A stretch of 63,529 nt of DNA, the filler included, from Octopus bimaculoides (taxonomy: Eukaryota): NCBI RefSeq assembly GCF_001194135.2. It is 7 parts of 5 records of this genome, joined end to end, with 100 filler letters (N's around TTAATTAATTAA, not from the genome) between each part and the next. Parts side by side here need not be neighbours in the genome. Positions count along the whole stretch, not along the records: positions 1 to 5,372 come from NC_068982.1; positions 5,473 to 18,399 come from NC_068983.1; 5 more parts are not named here. One strand, given 5' to 3'. The notes below the pieces were generated by a model. It made no database searches, was not told the origin of the DNA, and saw only the letters and a list, made by a program, of their open reading frames with translations. Position numbers and translations under genes: made by a program. How positions within the stretch are numbered: position 1 is the stretch's first letter; the number at the start of each line of letters is the position of its first letter. This document shows positions 1-12,030 of this stretch, one piece after another.

Positions 1-27
1 TATATACACACACACATAACTCACGTA

Positions 28-80
<53 letters not shown>

Positions 81-569
81 AACATTTTGAAATCAGGTGT
101 TGAAAAGTGGCTTCGATAACAATTACAAGTTTGAGACCTTTGTTTACTCTTTTTGTTATCTTTTATTGTTGCTATTGTTGTTGCTACTGTTGTTGCTCTT
201 TCTCCCTTTCATATAATTCTTATAAAACTTTTTTAACTCTAAAACTAAAACTGAAGTTGCTCAGTGAAATTTCAGTGAATTAAGTTAATAAAATCAAACT
301 GAAAAATTATAAATCGATGTCGTCTGTTATTTAGTTTCATGTCAACCTTAAACTTGTGTCAAAAGTATTCTATTCGTGATTCTAACTTGTTTTTGAAAGT
401 TTATTGCGAAGTGTACTCTATCTGATATGTATTTCTCTGATTTAAGATGGTAGTATGGAATTTGTGGGAATTTAGCTGCTATTTCCAGCAGGTAAAACGA
501 ACGCGTTAGCGGTTCTTTCGCTGTACTTATTTTACAAATTGCATTGATTTCTGACTACAGGCACAAGAG

Positions 570-705
570 TACAAATTTTGGCGGTGGGATAAATGTAGGT
601 GGATAAAATCAATCCATTATTTGAATGGTTCTTTATTTCCTTGGCCCCGGAAGAACGAAAGATAATATCGACTCCAGTAAGATTTAACTTAAAGAGGTGA
701 TATTG
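570..705 (-). mobile_element. Degenerate SINE family D fragment
   Basis: Resembles the ccccgaaaggatgaaaggcaaagtcgac/gatttgaact core of better copies at 21470-22100. Confidence 0.5.
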
Positions 706-753
706 GGATGAAATATGATGATATGAGATCGAAGATATATAAATAAATCCAAC

Positions 754-1093
754 TACACGGTTCCGGGTTCAGTCCCACTGCGCGGGGACAACATTACACA
801 AGTGTCTTCTACTAGAACCCCGGGCCGACCAAAGCCTTGTGAGTGGATTTGGTAGACGAAAACTGAAGGAGGCCTATCGTGAACAAACACACACACACAG
901 ACATATATACATGATTACATACATATACATATACATACAAGAGTGGCTGCGTGGTGAGAAGCTTGCTTCCCAACCACATGGTTCCGAGCTGAGTTCCACT
1001 GCGTGGCACCTTGCGCAAGTGTCTTCTACTATAGCCTCGGGCCATCCAAAGCCTTGTGAGTGGGTTTAGTAGACGGAAACTGAAAGAAGCCTG

Positions 1094-1129
<36 letters not shown>

Positions 1130-1496
1130 NNNNNNNNNNNNNNNNNNNNNNNNNNNNNNNNNNNNNNNNNNNNNNNNNNNNNNNNNNNNNNNNNNNNNNN
1201 NNNNNNNNNNNNNNNNNNNNNNNNNNNNNNNNNNNNNNNNNNNNNNNNNNNNNNNNNNNNNNNNNNNNNNNNNNNNNNNNNNNNNNNNNNNNNNNNNNNN
1301 NNNNNNNNNNNNNNNNNNNNNNNNNNNNNNNNNNNNNNNNNNNNNNNNNNNNNNNNNNNNNNNNNNNNNNNNNNNNNNNNNNNNNNNNNNNNNNNNNNNN
1401 NNNNNNNNNNNNNNNNNNNNNNNNNNNNNNNNNNNNNNNNNNNNNNNNNNNNNNNNNNNNNNNNNNNNNNNNNNNNNNNNNNNNNNNNNNNNNNNN

Positions 1497-1546
<50 letters not shown>

Positions 1547-1672
1547 CGCATGTATGTATGTACCAGACTTGAAAAATAAGTACTAGGGCAGAGTCGTTCG
1601 ACTAAACACTTCAAGGCGGTGCCCCAGCATGGCTGCAGTCCAATTACTGAGACAAGTAAAAGATAAAAGATA
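754..1672 (+). mobile_element. Two tandem SINE family A units (tRNA-like head, central domain, internal TA/TG microsatellite, GATAAAA-type tail); the second spans an N gap
   Basis: Repeated ggttccgggttcagtcccactgcg...gtgtcttctact...ggccgaccaaagccttgtgagtggatttggtagac at 754-880 and 940-1095; tail cagcatggctgcagtc...tgagacaagtaaaagataaaag at 1620-1672. Confidence 0.8.
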
Positions 1673-1707
<35 letters not shown>

Positions 1708-2039
1708 ATACAAACTTCTTTCTTAAAGTTTTAATCAGCTGTTGTTTAAAATGAAATCCTCAATTATATGTCAAATTTGATCAAATAATAAAAAAAATAA
1801 TAACTTTTAATTCATTGTCGAAGCAGGCGGAATGACATTAAACTTACAACAAATAATGTTCTTTTTTTATATTTTTTTATGATGATAAACAGCATGAGCA
1901 AACTTTAAATTCCTCACAAGAATCAGGCAGTTTTATGGCTTCTCTTGTTTCTCAACTTTACTTCTCTTATTTACGTCAATTTCTATTAAAACATCAACAA
2001 ACGCTCAGATTTCTCACTCGATGAAGTAAAGGTAGAGCC

Positions 2040-2342
2040 CATTAATTAATGCGAAAGAAAATAGATACAATTATTGATAGGGCTAGCTTAGAAAAAGCGA
2101 TGCAGGCGCCAATAGTAATTTCATCCTTTACACCCCTTTTCCGGCGAAGAAAATCGGTTCGCCCGGTTGCAGCCGGCAATCACTACTTGATGGAGAGAGA
2201 GAGGGCGAGAGTGAAATGCTCCGCACACTATAGAAGCTAAGTAAGAGTGTAACTGTCAAACTCTAAACACAATTCATGAATGTCTTATAACACCGGGCTG
2301 CCTGCTTATGCCAAGGTAAAGTAAAAGGCTTTTCTCTCCAGC
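2040..2342 (+). promoter_or_regulatory. Putative promoter/5'UTR of the type II membrane protein gene
   Basis: Repeat-free, relatively CpG-rich stretch (ccggcgaag, cggttcgcccggttgcagccggc) directly upstream of ATG 2343. A pyrimidine tract plus AG (tttctctccag) ends at 2341, so 2342 could instead start an internal exon. Confidence 0.35.
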
Positions 2343-2597
2343 ATGGAGAAACGTTGCATCTCTTCCGACAGCAATCAAAGTGAACGTGATCGATTGCTGT
2401 TTCGAAAACTCGTTCAGTGGGTATCTGCGTGTATTATATTTACTTTACTTGTTATTCTGGTCGGCCTGTCCTGGAGCTACATCAGTACATTAGCATCTCT
2501 ACAAACAAGAGTTGAGCAACTAGAGAAACAGTGCACGGATTATGAAAAACGCGTAGAGGAGTACGTTGAAGTAAAAATAAAAGAAACATTCATCAAG
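2343..2597 (+). CDS. First coding exon of a type II single-pass membrane protein (short cytoplasmic tail, TM helix, coiled coil); MACIT collagen/gliomedin/scavenger-receptor-like architecture, family unassigned
   Basis: 85 codons of non-repetitive sequence: MEKRCISS...RDRLLFRK (basic), WVSACIIFTLLVILVGLSWSYI (hydrophobic), LASLQTRVEQLEKQC...VEEYVEVKIKETFIK (heptad-like). Ends at AAG|GTAAGA, phase 0. The ORF tail beyond 2597 is intron read-through. Confidence 0.75.
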
Positions 2598-3024
2598 GTA
2601 AGAGTAATAACTCACTTTAATTGTTTGTTGAAATATTTATTAATGTTTTATATTACACGAGATGCATGTCATAATGTATATATGTGCATGCCTGTAAGCT
2701 TCAAACAGTAATTTTCACGCGTTTAAATCTTCATGTGTTTATATATAAATAACGTATGGTTTATTCAACAAAGTTTATAAACTAGATGTTTTACGAAATA
2801 TGCTTGAATTGATTTTAAATCGAACTCTGTTGCTGATTGATAGATACTGGGTTAATGTAACATTCTCATATCTATCTATAACATTGCCTGGATAGCTGTT
2901 TTTTTTTTTTTTCAGGCTAAAAGTTTTTTAAACTGTCGCGAAATAACAAAATCATTTAATTCGTTCCTTTATCTTAATAATCATTGTCTATTTAACGAAA
3001 TTTACATTTTATTTCTCATAACAG

Positions 3025-3052
3025 GGCTATAAACTGGCCCCTTTTATGTCAG
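3025..3052 (+). CDS. Candidate 28-nt microexon of the + strand gene (GYKLAPFMS + 1 nt)
   Basis: atttctcataacag|GGCTATAAACTGGCCCCTTTTATGTCAG|gtaaga; open in phase 0, exits in phase 1. Splice signals only. Confidence 0.35.
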
Positions 3053-5197
3053 GTAAGAGCCAAAAATTATTACAAAAGTATATACAATTGAAAACTGATT
3101 TACGGAATCCAACCGAATTCATAAGAAAATATATTGCTAGATTTTCTTTTAAAATATTCTGTCAACTTGGTTTAGGAATTAAGTGCATATGAAATGTAAA
3201 AAGTTTAATAACTATGACAGAAATGTCTAGACTGTTCATAAATGCGCTTGAAAGTATAACACATACACACATTCCTATATAAAGAATCTTGAATAGATGC
3301 ACATACACCTCTCACACACACACGCACACATTCATATTTAAAGAGCCTTGAATAGATATACGTAAACCACACACTCGCGCGCGCAAGCCGCTTGGACATA
3401 TGCAGATGGAGGAACGGTCACACGCTCACACACACACAAAAACATGCACGTACTCAAACTAATCAAAATGTTTCAAACTTTTATATTGTTATTTTGTTAT
3501 ATTCTCATTTATACGTACATATATTTGGGAGATCAGTGTGCACTCACCCATAGGAGCCTCTATGCGGTGGTTCAGACTGCTAGAAATAACAGCCAATATC
3601 TTTCAAATTACATCTTACCGCCTTTAAAGAAGGATACCTAGGACAATGTAGCCTTTAGTATAAAAAAAATGACGAGAAAGTCACGTCTGGAAAGCCTTTT
3701 ATCATACATAGGTCTACTCGATCTAGGCTGACTTGAGGCTAAACAACAAAAATGCTAACTTAAAATCAGCTGCTGAATAACACAAAACGAAATGGTTTGA
3801 TAAAAACATGTAACAAAAGTATGATTGTTGAATTTCGTCGCTGTTAACGGTTGACAACTCTCATTCGGAATCTTTTTTTTTTTTTTATTTACTCTTAAAT
3901 AATCCTTTTCAAATCTATCGCATACACGAGGCCCAAATACACTTAGTTGTAAAGAAGGCCTGGATGGATGAATTAAGAAAGATTATTTACGAAGAATATA
4001 GTAAAGCAAGTGGTACAAACAAGTGAATCTAAAAGGATTTAGTTATCGGTAAACATGACTGAAGATTAAGACGACGATAGCGGACACCAAGACGATGGTG
4101 ATGATGATCTTACTGTGAATGTGCTCGCGTAAACAAACAGCAGACTTTGCTACAAACCTACCTGGTTTAGTAAACAAAAAATAGTAAAATCGATTTGCTA
4201 ACATAAACAATCTTTGCAGATGTACATGATACATACACACGTTCATTCACCCACATGCTTACACGCATTCACCGACGCGCTCGCTCGCTCACACACACAC
4301 ACAAACACACACACACGCACGCACGCACACGCACACACACACACACACACACATACACACAGGCGCCGCGCGCATGCATGTTCATATGCGTGTTTGTATT
4401 TCATAAATATGTGTGGGTTCACAAGTAAAATTTAAAAAAATGTGCCTGATAATATCGTTGTTATAAAGACTACCTCTTCAACATATATATACGCATGCAT
4501 TAACCATATCACACATTCACATGCGCACCTGTGTATGAGTTTGCGTGTTGTAACTGAAATGCTAAATAAAAGGGGTTTTGGGAGATATATAGATGATAAC
4601 AAAATCTAAGTAAATTATAAGGATGTGACTCTAGGCTTTATTTGTTCTTTATTTGTTCAACCAAAACTTTCTAGACCTTAATCTAAGCAGATTATTTTGA
4701 AAGAACAAATAGTTTTAATAGATGACTACATTTCATAGGTTATGTATTTCAAATGATTTTTTTTTTTCTTAATGAAAGAGAAACTACATACATTTATTTC
4801 TGTATAAATGAATGAGGNNNNNNNNNNNNNNNNNNNNNNNNNNNNNNNNNNNNNNNNNNNNNNNNNNNNNNNNNNNNNNNNNNNNNNNNNNNNNNNNNNN
4901 NNNNNNNNNNNNNNNNNNNNNTATATATAGTTCAAAAAAACAATAACAAAAAAACAACAAAGTGAGGACGTGATATGGATAGTATTATTGGACGCTCAGG
5001 AAAGGAAAGAGAGAGTGTATATATATATATAGATAGATAGATATAGATGCATAGGAATACATACCAAATATATTCAGAGATCTATACACACGTAACAATG
5101 CATATATACATACAATTTATATATGTGTGTGTATATGTACCTATATCTAAATATATATTGTATGTATATCTATGTAGAAGCAGATAGATAGATAGAC

Positions 5198-5238
<41 letters not shown>

Positions 5239-5372
5239 TATGTTGTGTATACTGCATGCATATCTATATACATATATGTGTAAATATGCGTGTAGCTACG
5301 TAATATGTACCATCATGTGTGTGTGTGTATACACATATATGTACTCGCACACATTTACATACGTATATCTAT

Positions 5373-5472
5373 NNNNNNNNNNNNNNNNNNNNNNNNNNNN
5401 NNNNNNNNNNNNNNNNTTAATTAATTAANNNNNNNNNNNNNNNNNNNNNNNNNNNNNNNNNNNNNNNNNNNN
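5373..5472. other. Assembly spacer: 44 N + TTAATTAATTAA + 44 N (also at linker positions 18444, 30259, 32352, 59434, 61391)
   Basis: Identical 100-bp structure six times; the 12-mer contains stops in all six frames. Confidence 0.95.
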
Positions 5473-5700
5473 CTCCCTAATTAGTTGGGCTATGACCCTC
5501 TCCGTAACTTTCATAACCTGATCTAACAGCTTGATGCCTCTGTAATTATTAGTATCTAAAGCGTCACCTTTACCTTTGTAGCAGTTTACTATGGTGCTGC
5601 TACACCAGTCATTGGGTATGGCTCCTTCGTGTATCACCTGGTTCGTAATACGGGTGACTAGGCTATAGCCAACACTGCCAGATATTTTGAGCATCTCTGC
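5473..5700 (-). mobile_element. RTE-clade LINE reverse transcriptase fragment
   Basis: IPNDWCSSTIVNCYKGKGDALDTNNYRGIKLLDQVMKVTERVI, the typical N-terminal LINE RT region (YKGKGD...NYRGI.L). Confidence 0.85.
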
Positions 5701-5701
5701 A

Positions 5702-5748
<47 letters not shown>

Positions 5749-5799
5749 ACTTGGGGATGGTCATATTGCCAGTTTAGCCATATATATATATAGATATAA

Positions 5800-6050
5800 A
5801 TATATAGATATATGTTTATACATGTGTGTCTGTTTGTGTCTGTATTTGTCCCCCACCACCACCACTTGACAACCCGTACTGGTTTGTTTATGTTCCCCAT
5901 AACTTAATTGTCTAGCAAAACGAGACAATTTAAATAAGTACCAGGCTTAAAAAATAAATACTAAGATCAATTTGTTTGACTAAAACTATTCCCGGTGGTG
6001 CCCCAGCATGGCCGCAGTCTAATGACTGAAACATTTAAAAGATGTAAGAT
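5800..6050 (+). mobile_element. SINE family A 3' half
   Basis: tgtccccc...cttgacaacc...aataagtaccaggctt...ggtgccccagcatggccgcagtctaatgactgaaac. Confidence 0.75.
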
Positions 6051-7069
6051 AGCAAAAGAAATTTGAAGGAGTTTCAAAAAAAAAAAATTTATATGTCGTA
6101 GTTCATGTGTTTAAATGGTGGTCTACATGAGACAACAAATGTTTGTTAGAAGTAGTAAGGTTTATATAATTAGCTTTTGTTTTAATTGGTAACTTTTAAT
6201 TAATTGTTGATGATGTATGGTCTGAAGACTTTGTAATAAGTTTCATTATGTTAATTTATTTATGCTCTGGTCATAATGTAATGCGATATATGATTACTTC
6301 ATATTAACTTATTTATTTGTTTGGTTAATTTATTCTACATCACAGTTTTTCTTTTTCTTTTCTTTTTTTTTTCAATAAAGTAGTTTTTAACTATTAATGG
6401 TGAGATACTGTGAATATATTTTCTCGGTGAACTTCTGTGACAGTTAACTTTCTTCATGGTGAATTGATGGTAGTGAACTTTCCAGTAATGAATTGATGGG
6501 GTAATCGTGAATCTGAGAGGAGAATATGTTAAATAAAATCATAATTAACTGATCCTTCTGTACTTCCTTTTATCCAAAGCCACAAGTTTTCCAGCACCCA
6601 CTTGTAAATATTGGGTTTGATTTGATCAATTAGATCCTTCAACATAGTGCACCAGCATGGTTACAATCAATTGACTGAAACTAGTAAAAAAAAAAGTATA
6701 ATATGATTCATAATCCATCTGTTATTGTACATTCAAATACTCCATGTGGCAGTTGTTGAAATCATCTCACTCTATGCTCTCAATCTAAAATAATACATAC
6801 ACCACAAACAGTATGCCAATATCACATCTGTGTTTTCACCCTACACATACATAATTAAATATATAAAGAAAACCATGTGGTTGGGAAGCAAGCTTCTTAC
6901 CACACAGCCATTCCGGCATACACACACGAACACACACACACACACACTCATGCATACATATAGAGGAACTGAAACAGAATTCTACATCTATTAGAGAAAT
7001 GCCCTTGCTCAATATGTAGAAAAGGAGTTGGTAGAAATTCCATACAGTGTATCCAATGCAAAATATGTA

Positions 7070-7285
7070 CACCGCTTGACTGGCCTTCGTGCCGGTGGCA
7101 CGTAAAAGCACCCACTACACTCTCTGAGTGGTTGGCGTTAGGAAGGGCATCCAGCTGTAGAAACTCTGCTAAATCAGATTGGAGCCTGGTGTAGCCATCT
7201 GGTTCACCAGTCCTCAGTCGAATTGTCCAACCCATGCTAGCATGGAAAGCGGACGTTAAACGATGATGATGATGATGATGACGAT
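7070..7285 (+). mobile_element. Short retroposon with an RTE-type 3' tail ending in (GAT)n
   Basis: gactggccttcgtgccggtggcacgtaaaagcacc...ggaagggcatccagctgtagaaac...gcggacgttaaacgatgatgat. The same tail end recurs at 30315-30345, and its start resembles 8551-8590. Confidence 0.75.
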
Positions 7286-7289
7286 GAGT

Positions 7290-8620
7290 GCAGAAGCTTC
7301 ACAGAAGAGCTAAGAGGGAAAGCAGGCTTTGTATGTTGCATATGTGCAAGAACAATAAACACTAATGATACATGGGAAATAGATTTTCTAAAATCTCCAG
7401 GAGGAACCCTAGAGGTAATAGGTTTCTCCTGTGACCTAGAGGATCTAATAAGCAATGGAAGAGGATGTTCTGAAAGTAAAGAAGCTGAAAATGGCTCAGA
7501 GTGGTTTTTTTCTCTGTTGGTAACAAAAGGTTTCTCTTGCAGAGAGAAAGGCAAACTATGTGATTTTTGTTTGCAGATTGCTATGTTATGCACTAGTGTA
7601 ACATGGGAAATAAGAGGTGCAGCAACATCAAAGGAAGGTTAACCAGGAAGATAGCTTTTGTGTGCTGCAGATGTACAGGGGTAATAAACACTACAGATGC
7701 TCAGAAGATTGATTCCATCACATGCCAGTGGGAGAAACTAGAAGTAGTTGATAGCTTCCATTACCTAGGTGACCAAGCCTATAGTGGGGGTGGATGCTCA
7801 GAGAAGCATTGCCACTAGAATAAGAATAGTCTGGGCAAAGTTCAGAAAGCTCCTACCTCTGCTGGTAACAAAGGGCTTCTCACTCAGAGTGAAAGGTAGA
7901 TTGTATGATGTATGTGTGTGAATGGCCATGCTACATGGCAGGGAAACATGAACCATGACTGCTGAAGACATGCGTAGGCTTGAAAGAAATGAAACTAGTA
8001 TGATCCTCTGGATGTGTAATGTCAGTGTGCACACACGGCAGAGTGTAAGCACCCTAAGAGAAATGTTGGATATAAGAAGCATCAGATGTGGTGTGCAAGA
8101 GAGATGACTGTGCTTATATGGGCATGCGCTACGTATGGATGAGGAGAGCTGTATGAAGTAGTGTCATTCCCTAACAGTGGAAGAAACCCATGGAAGAGGG
8201 ATACCCAGGAAGACTTGGGATGAGGTGGTGAAGCATGACCTTTGAACGTTGGCCCTCACAGAGGCAATGACAAAAGACCAAGACCTCTGGAGATATGCTG
8301 TGATTGAGAAGGCTCAGCAAGGAAAGTGAGATCATAGCCGTAGCCTATGTCGCATAACCAGCCATGTCGCATAACCAGCCCATTTAAAAAGTACCTTTGA
8401 ATCATCGGGCGACGTTCCATGCTTGAGGAGACCTATTGATTCAAATAAATCAAATTCAAATCAAATGGAAATTGTAGTTGTGGCCATTACCCGTGCTAGT
8501 GCCATACAATAAGCACCATTCATTCATGCGTGGGTCGCTGCCAGAGCCACCTGACTGGCTCCCCGTGCTGGTGGGATGTAAAAAGCACCATCCAAACACG
8601 GTTGATGCCACACGCACAGA
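7290..8620 (+). mobile_element. Two tandem RTE-clade LINE 3' fragments (older 7290-7606, younger 7601-8325 plus 3'UTR)
   Basis: Younger copy: KRCSNIKGRLT...FVCCRC...LEVVDSFHYLGD...GGCSE, continuing with frameshifts to LLVTKG.SLRVKGRLY...RRLERNE. The older copy encodes the same segment (FVCCIC...LEVIG...GCSE...LLVTKG). Confidence 0.85.
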
Positions 8621-8779
8621 CACACACAGAAGGTATTTGGGCTAAATTTAATGATTTTTTATGTCTTTGTTTTCAAGAACAGCTTGATGTATTGATGAAC
8701 AGTCATTGGTGTTGGAGAGCATAAACATTAAAGTTGTAGTTGAGAAAACATTATCTAACATGGAAGACTGGAAGCTATC

Positions 8780-9430
8780 TGAATATTGGAAAAGAGTTAC
8801 TTGTATCAAGATGATTCATGCTGGGTATTGAAATGCTGACATCATGACTGTTGCTCAATGCTCTCTGAACACTATAAAGATTGCAAGACATCATATGGAC
8901 AGCTGCAATGGAAACTACAAAGCCATGGCCAGTAGGAAGAGAGACAGCAGCCATTGTGACTGCATCTGCATGCCAGAATTCATCCAACAACTGATGAACA
9001 GGGCCTTGGGTTCAAGTCAGATCGCTATGTGAAGCTGCTGCAGACCGGTCAATCCCTGGCTTAAGAGGGTTGCTGCTGGATGGCCATATGTGTGGCAGCA
9101 GAATTCAGCTCTTTGGAAAGTCAGAAGTGGTTGTCAGAGAAGTTCTATGACTTCAACAACCCTAATATCTGGCTGCCTAATTATCCCGATTGTAATCCCA
9201 TGGATTACTATGTGTGGGGCACAATTGATAAAGACTGTACCTGTAGCGCCTAGGCCAAGCTGGTGACCAAGATGAAGGAAGTATTTGAGAATATTTGCAG
9301 GGACTCAGTGAGGAACGCAAGTTCCAGGTTCCAAAGATGTCTTGAGACCATGATGGAAACTGAGGGTAGCTACATTGAGTGTGTTTTTATCTCCCAGCCA
9401 TAATCTAGTTGATATTTTTGATTTTTAAAT
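8780..9430 (+). mobile_element. Decayed, internally deleted maT/DD37D-type Tc1-mariner element
   Basis: PWLKRVAAGWPYVWQQNSA and WLPNYPDCNPMDYYVWG (WPPxSPDLNPLDY motif); related to 15090-15995 and 60790-61346. Confidence 0.8.
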
Positions 9431-10518
9431 GCTTCTATTCGGGGGTTGGATATTGTTGTCTTTTCCTTTTATGCAGACTGTCAAATTTAGCCTGTATATG
9501 TATGTATGTATGTATGTATGCATGTCTGTATGTATGCGTGTATGTGTGTGTGTGGGGGTATGTGTATGTATGTATGTATATACACAAATATACATACATA
9601 TGTACATATATACACACACACACACACACATACACATATACACACATTGATTTTATACTAGTAGATGAGGTGAATAAAACTATTGTTCAATATTATCATT
9701 ATAATGCATTTTTATCTATTTTGGTTACAATAGTAAATTCTTTACACATGTCATGTATTTTCATTAAGCACTAACCTCACCGTTTACATCAAACCCCATA
9801 GTAAATACATTAACCTCGCGCATTGTTTCAAATTCCCTTTCTGATTCAATAATTCTCCATGCATGCTATATATGGACAGTGCATCACTTTCCAGTGACAT
9901 AACCATAATTTAAAAAAAAAAAAAAAAAATTGGCATGTGACAACAACAACTAAAAGTATTATATATATATTTTTTAATGAATTAAGTTTTGTCTTTTGTT
10001 TGTTGTTTCAAATTTTAACTCACAGTATAAAATAATACAGAAGAGCATGGTGACTATCATAATAGTTTTAAACAAAAGTGATAAAGAAAGAAACATTTGA
10101 ACAAAGAGCAATGAGTCAATATCATTTCTGTTTAAGAGAAGTTCTATTTTCACGTCAAAGAAACATGTGAATTGGCATTTCAAGTTTTTTTTTTTTCAAG
10201 TTAACTGTTATTATTTCTATAAGGGTGGAAGTGGTGGACACATTAGAAGAATTAGTTGATCCTCAAATAACAACTGCCTTGTCAGACAGAGTTTATTGAG
10301 ACAGATTTTCTACAACCAGATGCCCTTCCTGTTGCCAACTTCACCTGTTTCCAAGAAAGGCAATATTTCTCTATAGCAATATGTGTTCTCACAGAATATT
10401 GGAAATGAATGACATGTCTTGTACGACAGTGACACTCATTTACAATTATCACATGATGTCAAGACAAGGAGAGCCAAACAGACACACACACACATACATA
10501 CATATGTATGTATGTATG

Positions 10519-10552
<34 letters not shown>

Positions 10553-10704
10553 TATGTATATGTATATGTATATATATATGTATATATATANNNNNNNNNN
10601 NNNNNNNNNNNNNNNNNNNNNNNNNNNNNNNNNNNNNNNNNNNNNNNNNNNNNNNNNNNNNNNNNNNNNNNNNNNNNNNNNNNNNNNNNNNNNNNNNNNN
10701 NNNN

Positions 10705-10737
<33 letters not shown>

Positions 10738-11159
10738 GTCAATTTAAACAAGAACAAACAAGAAAAAACTTGAAGAAAACGCAAATAAACAGTGCAAAGA
10801 CGTGGAAAAAGAACAGTGTTATTGGATGCTCAGGAAAGGAAAGAAAAGAAAGAGGATTTAACGTTTTGATCGGAGATCTACGTCAGAAATATAGGAAAAG
10901 TCCAAAGAAGGGAAGACAGAGAAAGAAAATCGACAAATTTGCACACGCAGTCACATATTGGAATATGGAGATGTAATTGCAACTTGCATAGTAAGTGACT
11001 TGATCTGAGATCGCGTGCTGAAACAAAAACAATTGCAGTGTGAAATATGTTTATAAGCCATTTAAAAACACACAATGATATTGACTCATTGCTTTTTGTT
11101 CAAATGTTTGTTTCTTCATCACTTTTGTTTAAAACTATTACAATAGTCATCATGCACTC

Positions 11160-11440
11160 ACAGACACAATGGGCTTCCTTTGGTGGTGGCAGTTGCAGGA
11201 TGTCCAGACCATGGGTTGTCTTCGAGACTCTTCCAACTCCACTTAAATTCAGCTACCCACTTTTGAACTACTGACAAAGCTGGAGTCATATCCCCTAACA
11301 TAGTGACTATGTCAGCATGAATGCCATTGGGGCTAAACACTTTTTCTGCAGTTATTTAATAACACCACAGTGCCAAATTTTGTCCATTTCCAAGAAAAAT
11401 CACTACTAGTTTTGAAGTTTTCTTTGAATAGTCAGATGTC
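11160..11440 (-). mobile_element. Mariner transposase N-terminal (HTH) fragment
   Basis: IHADIVTMLGDMTPALSVVQKWVAEFK...SLEDNPWSGHPATATT (compare the mariner motif QKW..EFK.GR.SLED.PRSGRP). Confidence 0.75.
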
Positions 11441-11653
11441 AATTTTCCTAGAAAGAAACAATGCAGCTGTCAGTAAGAAGAGTTGAAAATAAAGCATGCA
11501 AGATTTCACAACTCTAACCTCGCTCCTCCATAGTCAGCCAATGAACTGTTCAGCCAAGCCTCATACATGTATGTGTGTGTGGGTGTTTATATATTTCTGT
11601 GTGAATTTCTGTATGATGGTTTATATATCTGTATGGGCTGATATTCATATAGT

Positions 11654-12030
11654 GGAGGCGCAATGGCCCAGTGGTTAGGGCAGCGGACTCACAGTCATAG
11701 GATCGCGGTTTCAATTCCCAGACTGGGTGTTGTGAGTGTTTATTGAGCGAAAACACCTAAAGCTCCATGAGGCTCCGGCAGGGGATGGTGGCGAACCCTG
11801 CTGTACTCTTTCACCACAACTTTCTCTCACTCTTACTTCCTGTTTCTGTTGTGCCTGTAATTCAAAGGGTCAGCCTTGTCACACTGTGTCACGCTGAATA
11901 TCCCCGAGTTAAGGGTACACGTGTCTGTGGAGTGCTCAGCCACTTGCACGTTAATTTCACGAGCAGACTGTTCCGTTGATCGGATCAACTGGAACCCTCG
12001 ATGTTGTAAGCGATGGAGTGCCAACAACAA
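11654..12030 (+). mobile_element. Near full-length tRNA-headed SINE family C with (CAA)n tail
   Basis: A-box-like tggcccagtggttagg, B-box-like ggtttcaattccc; ends gagtgccaacaacaa. Other copies at 19838-20060 (5' part), 46780-46880 (head) and 58680-58910 (3' part). Confidence 0.85.

Noticed and set aside
2598-2711. C-terminal extension of the 122-aa ORF
   Set aside because: Follows a consensus GTAAGA donor and is AT-rich intron read-through.
8347-8380. Short tandem duplications (17 bp here; about 16-19 bp at 26759-26793; about 22 bp at 20234-20277)
   Set aside because: Ordinary slippage-type duplications; no array structure and not CRISPR-like.
11654-11730. tRNA-like sequences at SINE heads (also 19838, 49397)
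   Set aside because: A/B-box-like heads run directly into multicopy SINE bodies; not bona fide tRNA genes.
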